NCBI GenBank assembly: GCA_964573135.1
Contig: CAZNIO010000001.1
Span: 28,612 to 92,611, forward strand
DNA: 64,000 nt
Reading direction: 5' to 3'
Origin: an uncultured Gammaproteobacteria bacterium
GTDB taxonomy: Bacteria; Patescibacteriota; Patescibacteriia; UBA2196; GWA2-42-15
Shown: piece after piece, positions 29,024 through 39,443 of the stretch
Position numbering within the stretch: position 1 is the stretch's first letter
How the letters are laid out: every line of letters begins with the position of its first letter
Made by a program: the position numbers and the translations under genes
Notes under the pieces: generated by a model
Database searches by the model: none
Told to the model about the DNA's origin: nothing
The model's input: the letters and a program-made list of their open reading frames with translations, nothing else

Positions 29024-30646
29024 TTATTTCCTCTTTTTTAATGATGCTTTAATAAAATCCCTAAATAAAGGATGTGATTTTAATGGCCGTGATTTAAATT
29101 CAGGATGGAACTGTACTCCCACCATCCATGGATGATCTTTTACTTCAACGATTTCAACCAAATTTCTTTTGGTATTCACTCCGGCAATTCGCAATCCGCC
29201 CTTCTCTAAAACATCCTTATAATCATTATTAAACTCATATCTATGCCTGTGACGTTCAGCAATTTTTTCTTTTTTATACGCTTTATAGCTCAATGAACCC
29301 TTAAAAAGTTTAGCCTCATAAGCGCCAAGTCGCATTGTGGCACCATAATCTTTATTCTTGATTTTTTCAACTTGATCTTCCATAGTATTGATTACCGGAT
29401 CTTTGGTTTTAGCCTTTAGCTCAGTCGAATTAGCATCTTTTAATCCTAATACATGACGTGCAAAAGAAATAGTTAAAATTTGCATACCAAGACACAAACC
29501 AAAATATGGAATTTTCTTTTTACGCGCATAATCAGCTGCCAGCATCATGCCTTCTGTCCCTCTTTTGCCAAATCCACCTGGTACTATAATCCCATCCATT
29601 TTATCAAGTTCTTTCAACTTCTTTTTGTCTTTTTCATATTTCTCAGAATCAAGCCATACTATATTTGGTCGCGCATTGTGATGCCAAGCCGCGTGATTTA
29701 TTGACTCAATTACAGAAATGTATGTATCCTTGCAAGATTTAAAATTAAAATACTTACCCACAATACCAATCGTCACTTCCTTTTTAATATTTCTAATTTT
29801 TTTAGCAAATCTTTTCCAGTCTTGCATATTCTTTCCTCTTACGCGAAGCCCCATTGTTTTAAGCAACTCATTACCGAAATTTTCTTTTTCAAAATTCACC
29901 GGAATATCATAAATTGAATAAACGTCTGGTGCTGATATAATACGTTCTTTAGGCAAAGAACAAACCGTACTGATTGTATTTTTTACATTATCTGATACCG
30001 CCTTATCGGCACGACACAATATAAAATCAGGCTGAATACCAGCTGAATTCAAAGTGCGGATAGCATATTGGGTCGGTTTTGATTTCTGCTCACCAATTAA
30101 AACAGGCGTTGGCAAATAACTCACCATAATAGTATATACGTCTCCTGGATGTCTAGCTTTCAACATGCGTGCTGCTTCCAAAAATAAAAGCACCTGATAT
30201 TCACCAACCGTTCCACCAAACTCAGTAATCACAATATCCGCCTTATTTTTTTCTCCACACAGCTTTATCCTGCGAATAATTTCGTTGGGAATATCGGGTA
30301 CTACTTCCACATCTTCACCTTGAAATTCTAAATTCCTTTCTCGACGAATTATCTCCTGATATACCTGACCCGTAGTAATATAGTTATCAGCCGTACATAC
30401 CTGATCAGTAAATCTCTCATAATTTCCAAGATCCTGATCAGCCTCAATACCGTCTTCTCCAACAAAAACCTCTCCATGCTCTGCCGGGCGAATAGTTCCG
30501 GCATCAATATTGACATACATGTCAGCCTTAATATTAGTCACTCGGTACCCTTTGGACTGTAAAATTTTACCAATTGAAGCTGCTGCCACTCCCTTACCAA
30601 CAGATGACATAACTCCACCCACTACAAATATATATTTAGTCTTCAT
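29024..30646 (-). CDS. pyrG: CTP synthase
   Basis: MKTKYIFVVGGVMSSVGKGVAAASIGKIL N-terminus and a GATase C-terminal half with conserved Cys. 540 aa. Confidence 0.9.
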   Translation of the reverse strand: MKTKYIFVVGGVMSSVGKGVAAASIGKILQSKGYRVTNIKADMYVNIDAGTIRPAEHGEVFVGEDGIEADQDLGNYERFTDQVCTADNYITTGQVYQEIIRRERNLEFQGEDVEVVPDIPNEIIRRIKLCGEKNKADIVITEFGGTVGEYQVLLFLEAARMLKARHPGDVYTIMVSYLPTPVLIGEQKSKPTQYAIRTLNSAGIQPDFILCRADKAVSDNVKNTISTVCSLPKERIISAPDVYSIYDIPVNFEKENFGNELLKTMGLRVRGKNMQDWKRFAKKIRNIKKEVTIGIVGKYFNFKSCKDTYISVIESINHAAWHHNARPNIVWLDSEKYEKDKKKLKELDKMDGIIVPGGFGKRGTEGMMLAADYARKKKIPYFGLCLGMQILTISFARHVLGLKDANSTELKAKTKDPVINTMEDQVEKIKNKDYGATMRLGAYEAKLFKGSLSYKAYKKEKIAERHRHRYEFNNDYKDVLEKGGLRIAGVNTKRNLVEIVEVKDHPWMVGVQFHPEFKSRPLKSHPLFRDFIKASLKKRK

Positions 30647-30647
30647 A

Positions 30648-31094
30648 TTATTTCAATATTACTTTTACTTTTATCATTTCTTCTAAATTTTTACCTAAAC
30701 TAACCTTTATCTTATACTCTCCAATTTCCTTTATGTGTTTCTCCATTTTGATAAATTTACTATCAACTTCAATCTTCTTCTGCTTTTTAAGCTCCTCTGA
30801 AATATCCTTCTCTGCCAACCCGGCAAACAGCTTTCCCCCATCAGATGCCTTAACTTTAATCTCTAATTTTATGCCTTTTAGCTTATTCATTAAACCTTGA
30901 TCTTTTTTATTCTTCTTCCCTTCTTGCCTATTCTTCTTACCTTCTTTAGCTTGTACCTCACTAACTCGTCTATCAGTCGCCATTTGTGCTAACTTGTGCG
31001 GTATCAAAAAATTCATAGCATAACCATCTGCCACATTTTTCACATCTCCTTTTTGGCCAACCTTGACCACGTTTTGTAATAAAATAACTTTCAT
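30648..31094 (-). CDS. rplI: 50S ribosomal protein L9
   Basis: [33 protein letters not shown]-terminus. Confidence 0.85.
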   Translation of the reverse strand: MKVILLQNVVKVGQKGDVKNVADGYAMNFLIPHKLAQMATDRRVSEVQAKEGKKNRQEGKKNKKDQGLMNKLKGIKLEIKVKASDGGKLFAGLAEKDISEELKKQKKIEVDSKFIKMEKHIKEIGEYKIKVSLGKNLEEMIKVKVILK

Positions 31095-31114
31095 AAAATA
31101 TTAATTTATATAAT

Positions 31115-31702
31115 TTATAATCCACTCTCCTTTTTACGTTCTAATAAATAATCTTCATAAAGTTTCTTGGTTGTTTTGGTAGTAAAGGGTCGCTTGACTG
31201 GCTTGTCATTCTCTTCTAAAAATTTTATCATTTCTTTATCATTTTTACCAAGTTGCTTCTTTAATGCAATAAATCCTTTCGGTGCAGCCATCCACATATA
31301 ATCTAAGTCATTAAAAGTATGCAGTATTGTATCATTCTGATACACGCTGTCATCTCCTAAGCACCAATTGTCATGAACTGAAATATAGTAGCTTATTTTT
31401 TCAATCTTTTCTTTTGGATAATCAACTCGATTCAATATTTCTTTGGCTATTTTAGCCCCATCTTTCATGTGTATAGTTTTAAAATCAGGATCAAATTGAA
31501 GTTTATCTGTACCGCGATTAATGCTATACCCAACATCATGCAAAATAACTAATGGTAAAAGCAAAAAATCATCTATTTTTTCCTGCTGGCAAACTATTTC
31601 CGCATCTTGCATCATCCACTCAATATGATCAATATCCATCGGCCTACCTTTTATATAATATGGCATAGCTAATTCCCATATCTTTTTATATACTTCTTTC
31701 AT
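31115..31702 (-). CDS. HD-domain phosphohydrolase (putative)
   Basis: H...HD...D spacing (ILHDVGY, SVHDNW). 195 aa. Confidence 0.4.
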   Translation of the reverse strand: MKEVYKKIWELAMPYYIKGRPMDIDHIEWMMQDAEIVCQQEKIDDFLLLPLVILHDVGYSINRGTDKLQFDPDFKTIHMKDGAKIAKEILNRVDYPKEKIEKISYYISVHDNWCLGDDSVYQNDTILHTFNDLDYMWMAAPKGFIALKKQLGKNDKEMIKFLEENDKPVKRPFTTKTTKKLYEDYLLERKKESGL

Positions 31703-31714
31703 AATTATACTGCC

Positions 31715-33052
31715 TTATTCCCCCTCCACAAAAAATTTAATTGCTCTATCCATTTGCGGATCCTTATCCGCATTGTAATCCTCGAGGGTTAATTCTACTG
31801 GAATATCTGGTTGAATTCCATCCATGTCAATTTGCTTGCCATCTGGCGTTAGCCAGCGAGCAATGGTCAACTTAACTGCTGAGCCATCTTCCAATTCATC
31901 CATTACGCGCTGTACTGATCCTTTGCCAAAACTCACCTCTCCAATAATAGTTGCCACTCCATGATCCTGCAAAGCACCTGCTACAATTTCAGAAGCCGAA
32001 GCCGACCCTATATTAATCAAAACTACTGTCTTAAATTCACCAAGCTTAGCCCCTAACGGCGCTGTGTGTATTTCACTCTCCCCAGTTGCCATTTCTTCTC
32101 GCACCACCACTTCACCTTGCTCCAGCCAATAATCTGATATATTTATAGCTCCATCAAGATATCCCCCTGGATTACTGCGCAAATCAAGGATTAAACCATC
32201 AGGATTTTCCAAAAGTATCTCCTGAACAGCCTCAGCAAAACGACTCTCGGTATCTGCATTAAAACTCGTTATGCGCACCACCATAATTTTCTTGTCCCCC
32301 AGCTCAGCATAATCACTCCCATCAAATATATTCTTACGTACAGAAACAATACGGATGGTATCACGCACTATAGATATTTCTACAAATTCTTTAATTTTTG
32401 GTCGATAAATTTTTAAAGTTACTGCCGTACCCTTATCTCCTCGGATCTTAGCTACTGCCTCAGACAAATCCATGCCTTGCGTATCCTCATTCTCTATCTC
32501 TATTATTATATCTCCCGCCCTAAGACCCGCCTTTTCTGCCGGTGAATCAGGCAAAGGTGAAATTACGGTTAATAAATTATTACGGATGCCAATTTCTGCA
32601 CCAATACCCTCAAATCTTCCCTGCAACTCCTCAATGTATTCTGTTGCTTTTTTAGGCACCATAAAAACAGAGTATGGATCTCCCAAAGAAGCTACCATGC
32701 CTGCTAAGGCGCCATAGAACAATTTGGTCTCACCCACTGGTCCCTCTATGTATGTATTTTGAATTTCATTCCATACCTGCCAGAAAACTCGAAAATTAAC
32801 ATCACGTCCCAAATATTCGGGAATGGAATTCTCTTTCTCTGCAATTACTCCATAATCTGTCGATGTGGCTGAACTGCTTACAATATTAACCTCTCCTCTG
32901 TCCTTGCCCACCATGATACCAATGCCAAAACTAATGATGACTAGGATTATAGTAATGTAAATAAAAAAACCACCTCTAAAGGAAAAGCGTTTACGAGGTT
33001 TTTGGTCTTCAATTAATGACGAATCTTGTTTATTTTTTGAAAACATAATCAT
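31715..33052 (-). CDS. ctpA: Carboxyl-terminal processing protease (S41 family)
   Basis: N-terminal TM, a PDZ region (GDIIIEIENEDTQGM), then LDLRSNPGGYLD and an S41 catalytic region. Confidence 0.8.
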   Translation of the reverse strand: MIMFSKNKQDSSLIEDQKPRKRFSFRGGFFIYITIILVIISFGIGIMVGKDRGEVNIVSSSATSTDYGVIAEKENSIPEYLGRDVNFRVFWQVWNEIQNTYIEGPVGETKLFYGALAGMVASLGDPYSVFMVPKKATEYIEELQGRFEGIGAEIGIRNNLLTVISPLPDSPAEKAGLRAGDIIIEIENEDTQGMDLSEAVAKIRGDKGTAVTLKIYRPKIKEFVEISIVRDTIRIVSVRKNIFDGSDYAELGDKKIMVVRITSFNADTESRFAEAVQEILLENPDGLILDLRSNPGGYLDGAINISDYWLEQGEVVVREEMATGESEIHTAPLGAKLGEFKTVVLINIGSASASEIVAGALQDHGVATIIGEVSFGKGSVQRVMDELEDGSAVKLTIARWLTPDGKQIDMDGIQPDIPVELTLEDYNADKDPQMDRAIKFFVEGE

Positions 33053-33095
33053 TTATCTACCCCCATTATATCATCATTTGAAAACATAGCAAAAT

Positions 33096-33437
33096 TTGTG
33101 TATAATTAACCTGTTAATAACTAAATATATCCCTATGCTTGAAACTTCTAAAGATTTACTTTTTATAACTATCGCTTTTTGTGCCCTGCTTTTCACCGGC
33201 GTTATCTGTATACTCATCTGGCAATTTATCTCTATTATAGGTAATGTGCGCGGTATTATGAGTGGTGTCAGACAAAAATTAGACCTGATCGACGACGTGG
33301 TTAAAACCCTAAAGGAAAAAATTCAAAATTCTGCCGGTTATGTAGTTCTCATCGTCAAAGCCGTTGAAAAAATAGTTGACCATCTGCAAGGCAAACGAGC
33401 AGTAACCAAGACAGCCAAGAAAGATAAGGCAAAATAA
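33096..33437 (+). CDS. Hypothetical small membrane protein
   Basis: 113 aa with one TM segment. Confidence 0.35.
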   Translation: MCIINLLITKYIPMLETSKDLLFITIAFCALLFTGVICILIWQFISIIGNVRGIMSGVRQKLDLIDDVVKTLKEKIQNSAGYVVLIVKAVEKIVDHLQGKRAVTKTAKKDKAK

Positions 33438-33665
33438 CTCCTAAATATTTAAGTATTAAAAAACTGTCGCAACACTATTATACAGTATTGTGACAGTTTT
33501 TTATTTTCTTAGCCCAGTGGTCTTACTTCATGGCAATATAAACTAAATACCATATTGGCAGAGACAAAAGCACTGCCGTAATAACGCCCTGGATAAAGGA
33601 CCGATTGTATCTGTTTTTTAATTTCGCTCCCATAGTCTATCCTCCCGTCAATTTATTTATATTTA

Positions 33666-35060
33666 CTATACCGCTGTCCTTGAAAACAATACTACCAACG
33701 GCGTTTTTAATAAAATTAAAATATCCAATCGCATACTCCATGTCTCTATATACAATGTATCTAACTTTACTTCCATCTCAAAGTCAAGCGTTGATCTGCC
33801 AGACACCTGTGCCAACCCTGTAATCCCTGGCTTTATATCCAACAACTTCCTATGATGCTTCTGATATCTTTCTACCTCCCTGGGTTCATGCGGCCGTGGA
33901 CCAACTAAACTCATATTGCCAATCAATACATTCCAAAAATTAGGTATTTCATCCAAACTCGTTCTCCTAAGAAACTTGCCAATCCCAGTAATACGCGGAT
34001 CATTTTCCATTTTAAATAATGGTCCATCAGGCCGCTCATTCTTTTGCATCAACTCTTCCTTCATCTTATCTGCGCCTGAAACCATTGATCTAAATTTATA
34101 TAAATAAAATTTCTTACCCCGAGCTCCTACTCTGTGTGTCCTATAAACCGCTTTCCCTCTTGAATCCATCTTAATAACCAAAGGCAAAATTAAAAACACA
34201 GGAGATAATATAATCATAGCTAAAATCGAACCCAATATATCACACATTCTCTTAACTACTCGACCCCAACCATCCAACGGAGTTTTTTTTATTTCGATTA
34301 AAGGAATACCAGCCACCGCATTTACCTCGATGTTAGTTCGACGCGCTCCAAGTAAGTCCGCCGCGTACTTAAAATCCAAATGATACTCATTGGCTAAATC
34401 CATAAGTTTTAAAGTTTCCTCGCGACTTAAATTAGCATCAGCCTGCACAATTTCATCTATTCTACCCTGCTTGTATAATTCTTGAATTTTTGCAATTAAT
34501 TCATCTCCATAATGATCCGCCACATATGCCACCTCGATTCCTAATTTCGTCGTATTCGAAAATTCTTCAACCAATTCCCTGCTTGTCTTATCTCCACCCA
34601 CTAATACCATCCTGTGTACGCCTATGCCTTTCCTATAAGCCAATCTTTGAATATAACGCAAAAGTAAATGAGCAATACTTATATACACTATACTAATGAT
34701 CCAAACAGCTAATATTATAAATCGAGAAGAAAAAAGTTCACGTGAAAAAAAGAAAACCACAATCACCGCCAAAGTACCCGTTGAACAAGCTAACACCACC
34801 TTATTAAGTAAACCAAACACCTTCCTTTGTGGTCGCATTGAAAAAAGACCAGACATAGCAAAAATTACAATCCAAATAATAGCAAAAATGTATACGAACT
34901 TTAAATAATCTACTAAAGCCAAACTAAAAACAACTTCCCGAATGTTTTCTGTATAACCTCGCGAATAACGCACAAAATATGCTGACATGCCAGCTAATAC
35001 CAATAAGACATAATCAATTGGCACCAGCATTGATGAAAATATTATCTCTGACTTCTTCAT
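33666..35060 (-). CDS. Polyprenyl-phosphate hexose-1-phosphate transferase (bacterial sugar transferase, WbaP/PssY-like)
   Basis: N-terminal TM block. The C-terminal 'bacterial sugar transferase' domain has ...YLYKFRSM...DEIPNFWNVLIGNMSLVGPRP. Confidence 0.8.
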   Translation of the reverse strand: MKKSEIIFSSMLVPIDYVLLVLAGMSAYFVRYSRGYTENIREVVFSLALVDYLKFVYIFAIIWIVIFAMSGLFSMRPQRKVFGLLNKVVLACSTGTLAVIVVFFFSRELFSSRFIILAVWIISIVYISIAHLLLRYIQRLAYRKGIGVHRMVLVGGDKTSRELVEEFSNTTKLGIEVAYVADHYGDELIAKIQELYKQGRIDEIVQADANLSREETLKLMDLANEYHLDFKYAADLLGARRTNIEVNAVAGIPLIEIKKTPLDGWGRVVKRMCDILGSILAMIILSPVFLILPLVIKMDSRGKAVYRTHRVGARGKKFYLYKFRSMVSGADKMKEELMQKNERPDGPLFKMENDPRITGIGKFLRRTSLDEIPNFWNVLIGNMSLVGPRPHEPREVERYQKHHRKLLDIKPGITGLAQVSGRSTLDFEMEVKLDTLYIETWSMRLDILILLKTPLVVLFSRTAV

Positions 35061-35108
35061 ATAATTTTATATTACCACTTTACCGCCCAAAATCAAGCAA
35101 AACAAAAA

Positions 35109-35474
35109 CCCAAGCAGGTTATAAGCCGGGTTCTGTCATATCCCGGCACAAAGCCGGGATCGGATGGTCATCTATCTAAACGAGCTACCATTTGTGCTCT
35201 TGCACCAGGCAGGGTTTACCGCGAGACTACGTCACCGTAATCAAGTGTGAGCTCTTACCTCACATTTTCACCCTTACCTCAAAAGAGGCGGTTTACTTTC
35301 TGTTGCACTTTCCCTGGGTTTTGAGATTGTCCACAAAAAATTTCTCGAGAGAACTTCTTAATGTATCTCTTATACCCGGTCACTTTCACGACTGCCATGA
35401 CTCCCGAAAAACGGGAGGGTGCCCGGACTTTCCTATCTAGCTAAAAGCTAGATTAACCATCGTACCTACTTGAG
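35109..35474 (-). ncRNA. rnpB: RNase P RNA, bacterial type A
   Basis: Read on the minus strand: GGAAAGUCCGGGCACCCUCCC (P4 5' strand), GGUAAGGGUGAAAAUGUGAGGUAAGAGCUCAC (P10/11/12 consensus) and UGACAGAACCCGGCUUA (P4 3' strand). P1 closes with CUCAAGUAGGU / AACCUGCUUGGG, including GU wobbles. There is a P3 hairpin AUCUAGC-UUUU-GCUAGAU. Track ORFs 34979..35179(+) and 35192..35440(+) lie inside it and are spurious. Confidence 0.85.
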
Positions 35475-35513
35475 TAAAATTATATTACCAAATTATTACC
35501 TTTTTGTCAAATA

Positions 35514-35729
35514 CTATTTACCATTTTTCTTAACCACAAACCAAATACCCAGAAAAATAATAAACAAAGGCCAGACATAATCCCAAGGTATATTACCTAA
35601 AATTTTTATACTAAATACTTTTTCAAAGAAAAAGACCACGCCAATAATAATTAGAATAACACCAATTACAGATATCTTGCTCTTTCCCTGACAACACACT
35701 TTATTCTCTTCTTGTTTATTTTCTTCCAT
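35514..35729 (-). CDS. Small membrane protein (hypothetical)
   Basis: 71 aa with two TM segments. May not be real. Confidence 0.25.
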   Translation of the reverse strand: MEENKQEENKVCCQGKSKISVIGVILIIIGVVFFFEKVFSIKILGNIPWDYVWPLFIIFLGIWFVVKKNGK

Positions 35730-35770
35730 ATATATTTTTTAACTTATAATTATATCCTTAAACGTTCATT

Positions 35771-36199
35771 CTATTTAGTAATAATACCCTTAGCTTCTTC
35801 CAAAAAATCCTTAGCTTTACCTAACAATTTTTTAGCGTTCATCTCGCTAAAATCACCATAATAATCCGCTGATTCTCTTAAGCGCTTTGCTTCAAGGAGT
35901 GCTTCTAAAAACAAAACACTTAATTCCCCAGATTTAACATATAATTCCCGTATTGATTGAGCCAGACAATAATGGCTCCTCTCTCTGTAATTCTTGTGAT
36001 AAATCAAAGCTCGAGCAGAATGAAACATTGAATAATACACTTGAACAATTGACCAGCGATAACTTGAATCAGCAAAACTCTGCTTGGCTGCCTTTAAGTC
36101 CTCTTGAGCTAACCTTAATTCTTTAGACGCTAATTCCTTGCCTCTAGAAAATTTTTTAATTTTACCCGCCTTAAGGCAGTCTTTAAAATTCTTAATCAT
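35771..36199 (-). CDS. HEPN-domain protein (toxin of a HEPN/MNT pair)
   Basis: 142 aa, all-alpha, with an Rx4-6H-like motif. Overlaps the upstream nucleotidyltransferase gene by 4 nt. Confidence 0.6.
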   Translation of the reverse strand: MIKNFKDCLKAGKIKKFSRGKELASKELRLAQEDLKAAKQSFADSSYRWSIVQVYYSMFHSARALIYHKNYRERSHYCLAQSIRELYVKSGELSVLFLEALLEAKRLRESADYYGDFSEMNAKKLLGKAKDFLEEAKGIITK

Positions 36200-36747
36200 A
36201 AATTGGAAAACAATTTAATACCTTGTTTTACTTCATTATAAAATTCAGGATCTTTAATTTCCATTTCGCTCCATTGACTCGGCGTTTTAATAACCGAATT
36301 AATCTTCATCTTTAGAGCATCTTTTTTAATAGCGCCCTCAATTCCGCCCACATTGTCGGTCAAAACAAACAGATCAACGTCGCTCTCAGCTGTTTGCTCA
36401 CCACGGGCAGCCGATCCAAATAGAATAATCTCATGACTTATATTCTTAATCTTATCAACAACGGGCAATAATTTTTTAGTCACTACTGCTGATTTAAACT
36501 GTCGAACAAAAGGATTGTTATCAACAATTTGATAAAATTTCATATTCCCTTTTTGTAAAACATCTACCAGCTTCTCCTTAACCAGAAACTTCAATGCGCC
36601 ATGCACTCCGCCCAAGCTTATCTTTAATTTAGAAGCGATTTCACTGCCAAAAAACTCTTCCTCTGGATGATCACCCAGGAAAATAATAATTTTTTCACGA
36701 TTCTTAGTTAATTTAATCATATTAATAAAAAATGAAAGTACTTTCAT
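36196..36747 (-). CDS. Minimal nucleotidyltransferase (MNT) with an N-terminal winged-helix; cognate antitoxin/regulator of the HEPN protein
   Basis: LFGSAARGEQTAESDVDLFVLTD (GS...DxD Pol-beta NTase motif). N-terminal wHTH-like segment. Confidence 0.65.
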   Translation of the reverse strand: MKVLSFFINMIKLTKNREKIIIFLGDHPEEEFFGSEIASKLKISLGGVHGALKFLVKEKLVDVLQKGNMKFYQIVDNNPFVRQFKSAVVTKKLLPVVDKIKNISHEIILFGSAARGEQTAESDVDLFVLTDNVGGIEGAIKKDALKMKINSVIKTPSQWSEMEIKDPEFYNEVKQGIKLFSNL

Positions 36748-36765
36748 TTTTTTGAAAGTACTTTC
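36734..36765. promoter_or_regulatory. Two tandem copies of the perfect 12-bp palindrome GAAAGTACTTTC; candidate operator pair
   Basis: Palindromes at 36734-36745 and 36754-36765, each inside a TGAAAGTACTTTCATTTT unit. The first overlaps the MNT start codon and the second lies 10 bp upstream. Confidence 0.55.
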
Positions 36766-36801
36766 ATTTTATCTCATGCTTGTAAATCTGTCAAATAGCC
36801 C

Positions 36802-37860
36802 TTATCTCAAATATTTATTCTTGTTCTCAATATGTCCCTCAAAATCTTCCGCATAGTGTACACCACCTTCCTTATCCGTTAAAAAATACCAATAATCTGT
36901 ACTTGCTGGGTAAATGGCTGCTTCAATCGACGCAATACCAGGATTTGAAATTGGTCCTGGCGTCAACCCCGCATATTTATATGTATTATATGCTGAATCA
37001 ATTTCAAGATCCTTAAGAGACACCGCAGGTGTCTTTTTGCCTGTTATATAATTTACAGTTGAGTCAGCCTGCAAGGCTCTGCCTGCCCCAAATCTATTCC
37101 AAAATATTCCTGAAACTATTGGCCTATCGTCTTCTGTTCTAACTTCCCTTTCAATAATTGATGCCATTATTATAATATCAAAAATAGTTTTATCTTGCTT
37201 TTCAACATCTTCTCTCATCTTAGATGTTAATTTTTTATCAAAATTATTAAGCATCTTAAAAATCACATCCTCAATGCTAGCATCAGGAAAAAACCTATAA
37301 GTATCTGGGAATAAATATCCTTCTAAACTCACTCCATCTGGCTTATCCTCCAAAAAATCATATTTAGAAGAAAAATCTGCCCCAACAGCCCCCAAAAAAT
37401 CATCAACTGAAAATTTTTCAGACTTCTCAAGCAATCCCCCTATTTCCTTAACCGTCAATCCCTCAATCACTGTTAATTCCCACTCGTCTCCTTTTTGTCC
37501 TGTAGTTAGAATGTCCACCAATCTCTTAATGTTAATCACTTCTGGAAAATCATAAGATGCTGCCTGAAAGTTGCTCTCAACTCCTTTTAAAAATGCATAG
37601 ATTTCAAAAACAAAGGAGTTTTTAATAACTCCTTTATCTTTCAAATTTTGACTTATTCGATTTACCCCTTCTCCTTGATTAATAATAAACTTATCCTCTA
37701 GCCCAACTTTTTTTGGTACAGATATTGCAAAAACAAACCAGGCACTTAAAACAAGCCCCACCACAATTACTAATACAATTAATGTACCAAAAATTCGACT
37801 ACTCTTAGATGGTCCTTTTGTTTCCCCTCTTCTCATTGGTACTACCCTATTTTTCTCCAT
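36802..37860 (-). CDS. mltG: Endolytic murein transglycosylase MltG (YceG-like)
   Basis: N-terminal TM, then a YceG domain. 352 aa. Confidence 0.7.
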   Translation of the reverse strand: MEKNRVVPMRRGETKGPSKSSRIFGTLIVLVIVVGLVLSAWFVFAISVPKKVGLEDKFIINQGEGVNRISQNLKDKGVIKNSFVFEIYAFLKGVESNFQAASYDFPEVINIKRLVDILTTGQKGDEWELTVIEGLTVKEIGGLLEKSEKFSVDDFLGAVGADFSSKYDFLEDKPDGVSLEGYLFPDTYRFFPDASIEDVIFKMLNNFDKKLTSKMREDVEKQDKTIFDIIIMASIIEREVRTEDDRPIVSGIFWNRFGAGRALQADSTVNYITGKKTPAVSLKDLEIDSAYNTYKYAGLTPGPISNPGIASIEAAIYPASTDYWYFLTDKEGGVHYAEDFEGHIENKNKYLR

Positions 37861-37865
37861 ATACT

Positions 37866-38903
37866 TTAAAGATATTTATCATTCCCCTCTTCTTCTAATT
37901 TTTCAACTAATTGGGTGACTTCTTTAACTTTTTCTTTGGGTACTACGATCATGGCATCTTTAGTATTAACTACCACCATTCCTTCAAGCCCCACTGTAGT
38001 TACCAGCTTTTCACCCTCTAAATTATATACCAAACAGTCTTTTGAGTGCAAATTAGTTACCTTGCCTTGTACTACATTACTTTCTTTATCCTTTTGGAGT
38101 GCTTCTTTAAGCGCATACAAGGTGCCTGGATCGCTCCAACCCATATCTGTCTTTAATACCACAGCTTCCTCTGCCTTAATTTTTTCAGCAATTACATTAT
38201 CAAAATGAATTGGCTCAATTTGATCATATTTGCCTTGACTAATCTTTTCTAGCATTGGCGCAGCCAATTCTTTGTATTTAGATAAAATAAAATCAAGTGA
38301 ACTCACAAAATATCCTGAATTCCACAAATACTCTCCTGACTCAAACATTCTATCACACTCATTTTGGCTTGGCTTGTATTTCCAATTTCTAAATTCAAAA
38401 TAATCATTTCCTCCAGCTTCTCCCAACTTTTCACCCAAATGAATATATCCAAAGTTATTATTAGCAAATCTTGGTTTTTCTGCCAAAAAAACAAACCTTT
38501 GAGAATCTTCTTCAATTAGCTCTTCAGCTAATTGAAGATTTTTAATAAAGTTCTCTGGTTTTTCCATTATATGATCAGCCCAAGCTATGGCTACCGGTCC
38601 CCTATATCCCAAACCCAATAACTTAGACATGGCCAAAGCTACTGCTGGCCCCACATTCCTTCTGCATGGCTCAATAAATAGATTTTTCTTGGGTAACCCT
38701 TTAATTTGCTCTTCAACTATTCCCTTATATTCTTCAACTGTTTGAATATATATATTTTCCATGCCAAAACAAGCCAATCTCTCAACAGCTAATTCTAGGG
38801 TAGATTTACCATTAAATATACGATCAAATTGTTTGGGCGAGTTCTTTCTAGACAATGGCCACAATCTAGTACCCTTGCCACCAGCAAATATTACGATTTT
38901 CAT
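37866..38903 (-). CDS. Mannose-1-phosphate guanylyltransferase-like nucleotidyltransferase
   Basis: MKIVIFAGGKGTRLWPLSRKNSPKQF N-terminus. The track ORF starts 20 codons earlier, at 38963. The internal Met is preferred as the start. Confidence 0.7.
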   Translation of the reverse strand: MKIVIFAGGKGTRLWPLSRKNSPKQFDRIFNGKSTLELAVERLACFGMENIYIQTVEEYKGIVEEQIKGLPKKNLFIEPCRRNVGPAVALAMSKLLGLGYRGPVAIAWADHIMEKPENFIKNLQLAEELIEEDSQRFVFLAEKPRFANNNFGYIHLGEKLGEAGGNDYFEFRNWKYKPSQNECDRMFESGEYLWNSGYFVSSLDFILSKYKELAAPMLEKISQGKYDQIEPIHFDNVIAEKIKAEEAVVLKTDMGWSDPGTLYALKEALQKDKESNVVQGKVTNLHSKDCLVYNLEGEKLVTTVGLEGMVVVNTKDAMIVVPKEKVKEVTQLVEKLEEEGNDKYL

Positions 38904-39000
38904 ATAATTTAAGCTTAACATAACATGCGGAAATGACAAATAACAAAAATACCCCATCCACAAATGGATGGGGTATTAAAAAAAATCTAATAAAAATACT

Positions 39001-39327
39001 TTATAAATTCAGCCTAATACCTTCTTTTCTTATTTCTTCAATCAAAGATGAGCCCTCCTTAAAATCCTTTGGGCTATACCCAAGTGGCTCAACAGTTAAA
39101 TCCATATCAAAAATTCTTTTTTGCCAAAGATATTGCGTTGCATCAAATGAATTTTTGAATTTAGGTGAAACCACACACACGTCAATGTCACTCCACTTAT
39201 GCCAAGCTCCCCTTGCATAAGAACCAAAAAGCCAAACTTCGCCAATAGGCAAACTATCTTCTCTTAAAATATCAACATATTCTTTCACTTTTTTTTTCAC
39301 TTTTTCAGGTATTCGCTTTTTAGCCAT
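39001..39327 (-). CDS. Minimal nucleotidyltransferase (MNT), apparently orphan
   Basis: LFGSYARGAWHKWSDIDVCVV NTase motif. No adjacent HEPN ORF was found on either side. Confidence 0.6.
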   Translation of the reverse strand: MAKKRIPEKVKKKVKEYVDILREDSLPIGEVWLFGSYARGAWHKWSDIDVCVVSPKFKNSFDATQYLWQKRIFDMDLTVEPLGYSPKDFKEGSSLIEEIRKEGIRLNL

Positions 39328-39443
39328 AAAAATATTTGTTCACAATTTTTTAAATTCTTATAAGTATAACTTCTGGTGCACTTTTTATAAAAAGCTAACT
39401 TCTCATCACCATGGCGTCCAGCGATATTAAAAATTCTAATAAA

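Noticed and set aside
34979-35440. ORFs 34979..35179(+) and 35192..35440(+)
   Set aside because: They overlap the RNase P RNA gene (minus strand, 35109-35474). The translations are artefacts of the structured RNA sequence.
36723-36770. Tandem repeated unit TGAAAGTACTTTCATTTT; considered as a mini CRISPR array or direct repeat
   Set aside because: Only two copies, each a perfect palindrome, with no spacer-like unique sequence. The position at the MNT start makes an operator interpretation far more likely.
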